From Ostreococcus tauri (Eukaryota), in NCBI GenBank assembly GCA_002158475.1, contig KZ155780.1, positions 519,092 to 551,091 of the forward strand: a stretch of DNA of 32,000 nt. The letters are read 5' to 3'. Below are positions 13,614-21,359 of the stretch, in pieces; position 1 is the first letter of the stretch; the number at the start of each line of letters is the position of its first letter. The notes below the pieces were generated by a model. That model saw nothing but the letters and a program-made list of their open reading frames with translations. It did not search any database and had not been told where the DNA came from. The position numbers and the translations under genes were made by a program.

Positions 13614-15748
13614 CTACGCGGTATTCTCGGCTTCCTGCTTCGCCTTCTTCTTCGCGCGTTTCTTCGCGTTTTTGCGCGCGTTCTTGCCCACCCCCGAGTC
13701 CTGTACTGATAATGGGCGGTCGTCGGGATGATCCTTTTTTGAGGAATCCTTCGAGGACTTTTTCTTTTTGCCGAACGCCGCGTCGGCGTACGACCTCGCG
13801 CGAATCGTATCCTCGTCCGTCTCGTCGCTCGATGAATCGCCGTCATCGCGACCGTCCTTCTTCTTCTTTCCTCCAGAGTCTCTGCTCTTCTTCCGCTTCT
13901 TCTTTTCGGTCTGCTTGGCGTAGAATTCCTTGGCCATGCGACGAGCGCGCGCGCGTTGGTTCGCGCCCACCGCCGCCTCGTCGGCGTCGTCCCGATACGG
14001 CGCGAGCTTCTTCAGACCGACGATTTGGTTCAAACTCTTGTCGTCCATCGTGAGAATATCGCGCGTCGTGAGACCAAACATCTTCGGCGCGACGTCTCTG
14101 TAAGGGAATCGAGTGGGAAGTTCGCCCGCGATGAAGTCCTCGGCGTCGAGCTTGTAGTACTCCTCCATCTTCTTCTCGAGCTCCTTGCGCCACTTCTTAG
14201 CCGCGCGCTTGGAGTACTTATTCTCTTCGATGTCCACGTCGGGCTCCGCGTCGCCTTCATTTTCTTCCTCTTTTTCTTCCTCTTTTTCTTCCTCGCCTTC
14301 CTCTTCTCCGTCTCCCTCGCCTTCCTCATCGTCGTCTCCACCGCCCTCCGCCGCGAGCAGCTCCGCCAACTCCTCCTCTAAATCACCAAACTCGGGCTTT
14401 TGGAGCGCACCAGTGGCCTCGCCGTCTTCACCTTCGTAATAATCTTCTCCGTACATCTCCGCCATCGCCCTGTCGTGCGCCTCCGGGTCGAACTCAGTGT
14501 TCAGTAAGTCGTCCTTGAGCTGCTCTTCAGGCAAACCGCCGATGGAGCGAATCTGTCGCATCTTGTTTTCAATCTCTTCTCGCTTGAGATTCTTCAGCCT
14601 ACGGACCTCGGCCAGGAGTTTGGCGCGCTCTGACTCTTTGCGTTCCTTCACTTTTTTGCGTTTATCGCGACGCTTGGTGTCCTCTCGACGAATCAAGCCC
14701 TCGATGTGACGCGAGTGCGACACGAGACGATCGCCTCCGGGCTCCTCAAATCGAAAGTTATAATTGTGCTCAAACTCCTCAGCGCGCTCGAGGAGTTCGG
14801 AATCGCTCGCATCGTCACCGCCATCATCCTCGTCGCTCGACGAGTCGCCGCCGATGACGTTACCCCGAGGCATCCCGTTCTCTTCGCCCTTCAACCACTG
14901 CTTTTCGAGGACGTAATCGCGCAAAAATTTTTCCTCCTTGCTCAAAGCGTCCTCGTCACCAAAGTACTCGGATAACTTTTCCGTCGCCCCGCTCATTTGT
15001 TCTGCGCGTCGTTTCACCACGAGTCCGCCATCATCATCCTCGTCGCTATCGCCGCCGATGGCGCCCTCGGCGGCGTCCTTGAACGCGCTCTTGAGCGCCG
15101 CCTGTTCCTCGACGTACGACGGTCCCGCGCTCGCACGCATAGCCTCCGCCTCCGCTTCAGCGTCCTCGAGCGCGGTCGCTCCACCTTCTAACAACTGGTT
15201 CGCCGTCACCTCTCTCAGCGTCGCCGCCTTTGGCTTCTTTTCCTTTGTCTTCGCCCGCTCCGCCGCCGCCTCCGCCGCCGCCTCGCCGTCGTCGAAAAAT
15301 TTCGTCTTCTCGTCGTAAATGCTCGGATCTCTCCTCCGAATCCGCGTCAACGCCTCCGCGAACGCACCGTCGAACGCGAGCTCCAACCCCTCGTCCTCAT
15401 CGCTCTCCGTCTCGCTCGAATCGCTCGATTCGCGCTCCGCGTCGTCTTCGCTCCGCGCGTTCGCGCCGCCGCCCCCCCCCCCGCCGCCCCCAACGCCGTC
15501 GTCGCGTACTCCCGCTCGAGCTTCGCCTGCAATCGATGCATCTCCTTCCGCCGCTCGTTGTGCTCGTACCTCGCCGCGTACGCCGCGTTCACGCGCAGGT
15601 CATCCATCGACGCGCTCGAGCTCGACCGCCCATCGTCATCCGACGCCTCCGTCGCGCCCGCGCGTCCACCGCGCGCCCGGTCGTCGCGCGCCCCCCCGTC
15701 CTCCCTTTCGTCGTCGTCGTCGTCGTCGTCGAAGAGCGCGCGCGGCAT
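13614..15748 (-). CDS. KRI1: KRI1 ribosome-biogenesis protein; the frame is discontinuous around 15451..15509
   Basis: The 5' part starts at ATG 15748 and reads MPRALFDDDDDDDE...LRVNAAYAARYEHNERRKEMHRLQAKLERE, which is the KRI1 N-terminal motif. The 3' part ends at TAG 13616..13614 and reads ...SDSSETESDEDEGLELAFDGAFAEALTRIRRRDPSIYDEKTKFF..., including the KRI1_C motif TRFPYRDVAPKMFGLTTRDILTMDDKSLNQIVGLKKLAPYRD. The two parts are 1 nt out of frame. They can be joined either by a 59-nt GT..AG intron (15509..15451) or by a 1-nt correction in the C11 run at 15472..15482. Confidence 0.8.
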
Positions 15749-15787
15749 CGTCGACGCGCGTCGACGTCCGCCGCCGCCGCCGCCCAG

Positions 15788-16047
15788 CACGCGCGCGCGC
15801 TGGTGTCGTCGACGAGTCATGACCCAGACGGGAGCCCCTATGCCGTATACAGCACACCGAGACACCGATCACGCGCGCGCGCTGGTGTCGACGACGAGTC
15901 ATGACCCACACGGGAGCCCCTATGCCGTATACAGCACACCGAGACACCCATCACGCGCGCGCGCTGGTTTCGACGACGGGTCGTGACTCATGCGAGCGCC
16001 CCTATGCCGTATACAGCACACCGAGACGCCCATCACGCGCACGCGGG
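15788..16047. repeat. 82-bp tandem repeat, about 3.1 copies, in the divergent KRI1 / squalene epoxidase intergenic region
   Basis: The unit is CACGCGCGCGCGCTGGTGTCG(T/A)CGACGAGTCATGACCCA(G/C)ACGGGAGCCCCTATGCCGTATACAGCACACCGAGACACC(G/C)AT. Copies start at 15788, 15870 and 15952, with a partial copy at 16034. The marker CCCCTATGCCG recurs at 15835, 15917 and 15999, giving a period of 82. The third copy is more diverged. Confidence 0.9.
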
Positions 16048-16355
16048 ACGCGTGACACCCGCGTGCGTGCCCACGCATCGACCGAGGGACTCCTCGACGG
16101 GTCACGACTCAAGCGCGTGATCCCATCGCGCGCGACCGTCGACGTCGCGCGCGTCGGGGGCGCGCGACGACGCGCGCGACGTTCGACGACGCCCGCGCGC
16201 GACGGACGACCGTCGAGGTATTTTTACCCGCGTTCACGCCCGTCGCGTCGAGCGCGTCGGCGACGCGCGGGCGACGCCGCGGGATCGATCGCGACGTTCG
16301 CGCGAACGAGGCGCGCGCGCGGCGTGGGCTCGACGGCGCGACGGACGCGTCGACG

Positions 16356-17903
16356 ATGGGGATGTTCGCCCGCGCGCGCGTCGACGCGCGCGCGGGTGAG
16401 ACCTCGGTGACGGATGAAGTGGCGTGGGACGTCGTGATCGTCGGCGCGGGCGTCGCGGGGGCGTCGTTGGCGCACGGATTGGGGGTCGAGGGCCGACGCG
16501 TGTTGGTGATCGAGCGCGACATGTCGACGCCGGATCGCATCGTCGGGGAGTTGTTGCAGCCGGGGGGGTACGTGAAGTTGAAGGAACTCGGGTTGGCGTC
16601 GTGCGTGGAGGGGATCGACGCGCAGAAGGTGTACGGGTACACCATGTTTAAAAATGGTGAGGTGGCGACGATGACGTATCCGCTCGAGGGACGGACGGAT
16701 GACGTCGCGGGACGGAGCTTTCATAACGGGAGATTCGTGCAAAAGCTTCGAGAGAAGGCGATGGAGGTGGAGGGGGTGACGATAATTCAGGGCACGGTGA
16801 AGAAGCTCCTGAATGACCGCGGAGAGGAGTGGAGCGGAGAGGACGGCCAACGCGTCGCAGGCGTGTCTTACACCGTCGGCGGAGAGACGTGGGATAAGGA
16901 GAAGAATGCGCTCGTTCGCGATGCGTCGACGATGCAAACGCACGCCGTGTACGCTCCGCTCACCGTGGTTTGCGACGGACACTTTAGCAGTCTGCGTACA
17001 AAACTGTCACCGAAATCCACGCCCAACCATCCGAGCCACTTCGTCGGCGTCATCTTGAAGGGGGCGCCGAATGATTTGCTTCCGAACGGGCATCACGGAC
17101 ACGTGGTCCTCGGAGATCCATCTCCGGTGCTATTCTATCCAATCTCCAGCACCGAAGTTCGGTGCCTCGTGGACATTCCGGCTTCGGTGAAGATGCCGTC
17201 GGTGGCCAAGGGCGAGATGGCCAAGTACGTGCTAGAGAAGATCGTCCCACAGGTGCCAGAGAAGCTCAGGCCGCACCTCGTCAAGGCGGTGGAGGAAGGT
17301 CGATTCAGATCGATGCCGAACAAGACGATGGCTGCGAAACCCAGCCGAACACCCGGCGCGGTGTTGCTCGGCGACGCGTTCAACATGCGCCACCCGCTCA
17401 CGGGGGGCGGGATGACCGTGGCGCTCAACGATATTTCCACCTTTAAGTCCATGCTGAGCCCGCTGCCAAACTTTTCAGATTCAAAGGCGACGGCGGCCAA
17501 GTTGGATGAGTTTTACCGCCACCGAACGCGACCGGCGCTCACGATCAATACGCTCGCCAACGCGCTGTACGCGGTGTTTTGCTCCGACGGCGACTCAAGC
17601 ATGGATGAGATGCGTCAGGCGTGCTTCGAGTACCTACGATTGGGTGGCACCTACGCCAGAGGTCCGATCGCGCTTCTCAGTGGACTCGATCCGAATCCGC
17701 TCAATCTCGTCATACACTTCTTTAGCGTCGCCCTCTTCGGCATCGGCAGACTCATGGTGCCGCTCCCGACGCCCGAGCGCTTGCTTAAGAGCGGGAACAT
17801 CCTTACCGGGGCGTGCAAGATCATTTTCCCCATCGTTAAGGGGGAAGGTTTCGCCCGAATGTTCTTTCCGGCGTGGGTTCGAACGAAGATGGGTATCATT
17901 TAG
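16356..17903 (+). CDS. SQE: Squalene epoxidase (squalene monooxygenase)
   Basis: 515 codons with ATG at 16356 and TAG at 17901..17903. The FAD fingerprint is DVVIVGAGVAGASLAHGLGVEGRRVLVIERD. Family-typical segments are IVGELLQPGGYVKLKELGL, GRSFHNGRFVQKLRE, TVVCDGHFSSLR, LLGDAFNMRHPLTGGGMTVAL and ACFEYLRLGG. Confidence 0.9.
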   Translation: MGMFARARVDARAGETSVTDEVAWDVVIVGAGVAGASLAHGLGVEGRRVLVIERDMSTPDRIVGELLQPGGYVKLKELGLASCVEGIDAQKVYGYTMFKNGEVATMTYPLEGRTDDVAGRSFHNGRFVQKLREKAMEVEGVTIIQGTVKKLLNDRGEEWSGEDGQRVAGVSYTVGGETWDKEKNALVRDASTMQTHAVYAPLTVVCDGHFSSLRTKLSPKSTPNHPSHFVGVILKGAPNDLLPNGHHGHVVLGDPSPVLFYPISSTEVRCLVDIPASVKMPSVAKGEMAKYVLEKIVPQVPEKLRPHLVKAVEEGRFRSMPNKTMAAKPSRTPGAVLLGDAFNMRHPLTGGGMTVALNDISTFKSMLSPLPNFSDSKATAAKLDEFYRHRTRPALTINTLANALYAVFCSDGDSSMDEMRQACFEYLRLGGTYARGPIALLSGLDPNPLNLVIHFFSVALFGIGRLMVPLPTPERLLKSGNILTGACKIIFPIVKGEGFARMFFPAWVRTKMGII

Positions 17904-17971
17904 AATTGTTTTACGTAATAAACACGCTTACGTTCGATTACACCCTGATTCAGTCACTCGCGCGCTCCGCA

Positions 17972-18553
17972 TCAATCGTCGAACGGATACTCCTCCGGCA
18001 CAATCTCCACCAACTTGATCCGAATCGCAAACTTATCCCCGTTCCCGGCCAGAGGATCGCTCTCGAACGCGCACGTCGTCCGCACCCGCACCGCCTCGAG
18101 CGCGCCTCGAATCGCTCCGCACAACGCGTTACAGTAACACAACCCCTCGTACCGCTTCGGCAACTCCACGAACTCCGCCAAGGGATTCGTATCCATCTCT
18201 ATCACGCACTCGTCTACATCCTCGCTCCAATCCCTCGTCCTCGCGTCGACGCCCAGGAACATCTTCAGCGCCGTCTTCGCCACCGCCTCGCACGCGTCTT
18301 CGAACGACCGACACGCCCGCGCGCCCGCGCCCGTCCTCGACAAATACTCCTCCACGATGCGCGTCCCCATCGACCGTCCGACGCGCTCCAGCGCCGCGTT
18401 CGTCGCGTCCACGTCGTCCTCGCGATCGCGTAAAATTTGTCGCACCAGCGCCCCGTACGTCAGCGCGAACAGCTCCCCCGAGCACCGCTCCGCCCCCTGC
18501 CAGCACCGCGCCCCCGCGATCGCGGGATCCGTCCGCCGTCGTCCGTCCGCCAT
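17972..18553 (-). CDS. TRAPPC3: TRAPP complex subunit Bet3 (TRAPPC3)
   Basis: ATG at 18553 (the track start 18634 is GTG and lies inside the 44-bp array) and TGA at 17974..17972. ELFALTYGALVRQILRD...VGRSMGTRIVEEYLSRTG...ACRSFEDACEAVAKTALKMFLGV...NPLAEFVELP...LCYCNALCGAIRGALEAV is collinear with Bet3/TRAPPC3. Confidence 0.85.
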   Translation of the reverse strand: MADGRRRTDPAIAGARCWQGAERCSGELFALTYGALVRQILRDREDDVDATNAALERVGRSMGTRIVEEYLSRTGAGARACRSFEDACEAVAKTALKMFLGVDARTRDWSEDVDECVIEMDTNPLAEFVELPKRYEGLCYCNALCGAIRGALEAVRVRTTCAFESDPLAGNGDKFAIRIKLVEIVPEEYPFDD

Positions 18554-18618
18554 CGCGCGCGCGCCGTCGCGCGCCGTCGTGCGCGATGTCGCGCCGTCTC
18601 GTCGTCCATCCGTTCGCC

Positions 18619-18971
18619 TCGATCGGTGACCCACCTTTCATCCATTCGGTGTCCCTTTGGCGTCGATCGGTGACCGACCTTTCATCCATTCGGTGTCCCT
18701 TTGGCGTCGATCGGTGACCGACCTTTCATCCATTCGGTGTCCCTTTGGCGTCGATCGGTGACCGACCTTTCATCCATTCGGTGTCCCTTTGGCGTCGATC
18801 GGTGACCGACCTTTCATCGGTTCGAGCGTCCCTTTGGCGTCGATCGGTGACCGACCTTTCATCCATTCGGTGTCCCTTTGGCGTCGATCGGTGACCCACC
18901 TTTCATCCATTCGGTGTCCCTTTGGCGTCGATCGGTGACCCACCTTTCATCCATTCGGTGTCCCTTTGGCG
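18619..18971. repeat. 44-bp tandem repeat, 8 copies, in the divergent Bet3 / LETM1-like intergenic region
   Basis: The unit is TCGATCGGTGACC(C/G)ACCTTTCATCCATTCGGTGTCCCTTTGGCG. Copies start at 18619, 18663, 18707, 18751, 18795, 18840, 18884 and 18928. Copies 1, 7 and 8 carry GACCCACC and copies 2-6 carry GACCGACC. Copy 5 is 45 bp with a substitution cluster (CATCGGTTCGAGCGTCC). Degenerate partial copies flank both ends. Confidence 0.95.
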
Positions 18972-19069
18972 TCGATCGACGCATTCATTCGGTCGGCATC
19001 CGCCGGCGCGCGTCCGCATCCGCGCCCGTCGCGTCGACGCATCCGCGATCGACACCGCGCCCGCGCGCG

Positions 19070-21259
19070 ATGGCGCGCCGAGCCGCCGTCGCGCGCGTCG
19101 ACGGCGGCGCGGCGACGCGACGGGGACGACGGGCGTCGCGACGGCGCGCGACGGGCGACCGAATGACGGGCGACGCGCTCGAACGCGCGCGCGCGCTGGG
19201 CGGGACGGTGGGCGCGCGCGCGCGCGCGCTCGGGACGCGGGATGGCGCCGGGACGCGCGCGGTGCTCGGAACGCGATCGGTCGTGGGCGCGCGACGGGAG
19301 GGGGGGATGATTGTCGCGGGGCGCGGCGCGGCGCGCGCGGAATCCGGCGCGGCGCGCGGAGACGACGCGTTCGGGGATCCGAATAGCCCTGGGTTCGCGT
19401 TCAGTCGGTTGTCGAGCGCGGGTGGGGAGTCGTTGCGGAGCGATGGGGTCGCGCGCGCGGATGCGGCGAAGCGGTTGGATCGTTTGGAGGCGCTGACGCA
19501 GATGCGCGAGCTGTACGGGGTGGCGGTGGCGTGCGATCGAACGCTCGCGGAAGGGGTGGATTCGACGTCTCAGAGCGAGCTCAGAGCGCTGACGGAGTAC
19601 GAATTGATGAGTGAGGAGCTCGAGCGGGCGATGCGGGGGCTGGAGGATCTCGTGGACGCCCTCCAGGCGCTCGCGCTCGAGCGGGACAAGCTCAAGGCGG
19701 CGCCGCAGACGCTATCGTTGCGCGGTTGGGACTCTCTCTTCGAGGATCCCGAGGAATCTAGAACGAAATTATCCACGCTGTTCGCCGAGTTCGAGGCGCG
19801 CGCCGACGCGAGGTACGCCGAGCTCTTGGCTCTGCTCCCGTACGCCTCGGTGGATGAGGCCGAGACGGCGTTGGAGCGCACTCGCGCCGCGCTCTTGGCG
19901 GCGATAGAGGAGGAGGGCGAGGGCGGACAAGTTGGCTCGGCGTTTCGACCGTTCCAAAGAAAGATTGGCCGCTTCGCATCTAGGCGCTTGGGGGGCGCTT
20001 CCGAGGTTGTCGGGGGCGGCATCACCCAGCTCAAGGAGAAGCCGCGAGAGTCGCTCTCAGAGGTCGCGCAATATTCGAAAGGCGTCTGGGCTCGCATCAA
20101 CGGCGTCAAGCTCGGGGACAAGGGCGTTCCGGAGGTGCTGAAACCGTTTCCGATGCCCAAGGTGCAGCGCGAAAAACGTATGGCTCGAGTCATGCGCTTG
20201 GCCCTGGAGGTTCAGGACCGCGATAAAGCGCTCATCGAGGCGCAGCGCGCTCGCGACTCTCTCTTGGCGCAGGGACGCGGATCCAACGCGCTCGGACGCG
20301 TCGCGCTCGGTGAGAAAATTCGCGCCAGCGATGAGAAGGTTTCCGAGCTCAGACGCGTCTTCGCCGTGCGAACGCTGCAGATGGAGATGGAGCGCATCAT
20401 CTTGGCGCTCGAGGAGGAAGTCGCGACTCCGCCGGCTGACATGATCTCAAAGGCTGAGATCACGGATTTACAGCTCATGGTGGCCGAGTTCGGCGTCATG
20501 GATCTCTCGCTGCGAAGATTGATCTCGCTCGTCGATCGCGAGCAGATCGAACTGATTGACGACGAGGATCTTGGGAAGCTCGCGATGGACATCCCGGACA
20601 TGAAGGTGCGTCTGGCCGTGAATGACGACGCGACCTCGACGATGTCGCTCGAAATGGTGAAGGAGCGCGCTTCGCGCACGGTGGAAGAAGCTTCCGAGAC
20701 CGTACGTGAGGCCATAACGTTCGTCGTGCGCGGCGTCACGCTGATGGGGACCGACATCGGTCAGTCGGCTCGCCTGTTTTTGCGCGCAGCCTTTGGAACG
20801 ACGTTGCGCCCGCGCGAGGTACAACTTTTACGTCGCACAGTCTTGGACGTCTTCACCTTTGTGCCGTTCGTTATCATTCTCTTGATTCCGCTCACCCCCG
20901 TCGGCCACGTGTTGGTCTTTGGCTTTATTCAAAAGTATTTCCCGCAGCTCTTTCCGTCTCAGTTCACCACTCGCAGGCAAGAGTTGATGCAAAAGTACGA
21001 AGAACTCAAGGAGCAACTGGCCAAGGCGGAGCAAGAGGCGGACGTGGCAAACGAGGCCGAAGCCATCCGACGCGCCGTCGCCGCCGTGAGCACGGTGCGA
21101 GGGATGATCGGCGGGGCGGCCGTTGCCGAAGCGGACCTCTCCGAGGCCAACAACCGCGTCGACGCTCTTCGAGCGGAACTCGGCCGAGCCGAGTCCAAGA
21201 TCACGGAGACCATGGACGAGGAGGACGAGGGGGATTTGATGAACGAAAAGATCGACTAG
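19070..21259 (+). CDS. LETM1-like membrane protein
   Basis: ATG at 19070; the track start 18878 is TTG inside the 44-bp array. The stop is TAG 21257..21259. The segment LRPREVQLLRRTVLDVFTFVPFVIILLIPLTPVGHVLVFGFIQKYFPQLFPSQF matches the LETM1 transmembrane/RBD entry motif (L.RRE..L.RT..D..R.VPF...VPF.E..LP...K.FP..LPS.F). Long coiled-coil regions are present and the N-terminus is Arg-rich and presequence-like. Confidence 0.65.
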   Translation: MARRAAVARVDGGAATRRGRRASRRRATGDRMTGDALERARALGGTVGARARALGTRDGAGTRAVLGTRSVVGARREGGMIVAGRGAARAESGAARGDDAFGDPNSPGFAFSRLSSAGGESLRSDGVARADAAKRLDRLEALTQMRELYGVAVACDRTLAEGVDSTSQSELRALTEYELMSEELERAMRGLEDLVDALQALALERDKLKAAPQTLSLRGWDSLFEDPEESRTKLSTLFAEFEARADARYAELLALLPYASVDEAETALERTRAALLAAIEEEGEGGQVGSAFRPFQRKIGRFASRRLGGASEVVGGGITQLKEKPRESLSEVAQYSKGVWARINGVKLGDKGVPEVLKPFPMPKVQREKRMARVMRLALEVQDRDKALIEAQRARDSLLAQGRGSNALGRVALGEKIRASDEKVSELRRVFAVRTLQMEMERIILALEEEVATPPADMISKAEITDLQLMVAEFGVMDLSLRRLISLVDREQIELIDDEDLGKLAMDIPDMKVRLAVNDDATSTMSLEMVKERASRTVEEASETVREAITFVVRGVTLMGTDIGQSARLFLRAAFGTTLRPREVQLLRRTVLDVFTFVPFVIILLIPLTPVGHVLVFGFIQKYFPQLFPSQFTTRRQELMQKYEELKEQLAKAEQEADVANEAEAIRRAVAAVSTVRGMIGGAAVAEADLSEANNRVDALRAELGRAESKITETMDEEDEGDLMNEKID

Positions 21260-21359
21260 TCGATCGCATTTTATTAGGAAAACCCATTAGAGTTGGTTTT
21301 TAATATTCACCAGCGGACGCAACAACGCAGTTGCGACGGTTATCCCAAACCGCACTAGC

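Noticed and set aside
15347-15947. Duplicated ORFs beginning MSRCAVYGIGAPVWVMTRRRH (15347..15865 and 15636..15947, minus strand), and the plus-strand ORFs across the same region
   Set aside because: They are artefacts of translating the 82-bp tandem repeat. Their starts are GTG, and the real KRI1 start is ATG 15748, downstream of the array.
18619-18971. Interpreting the 44-bp array as a CRISPR-like array
   Set aside because: The units are directly abutting with no unique spacers, the context is eukaryotic, and there are no cas genes. It is a plain tandem minisatellite.
18878-19069. N-terminal extension MASIGDPPFIHSVSLWRR... of the LETM1-like ORF, and sibling ORFs at 18922 and 18966
   Set aside because: They are TTG-initiated readings of the 44-bp repeat units. 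The first ATG in frame is 19070.
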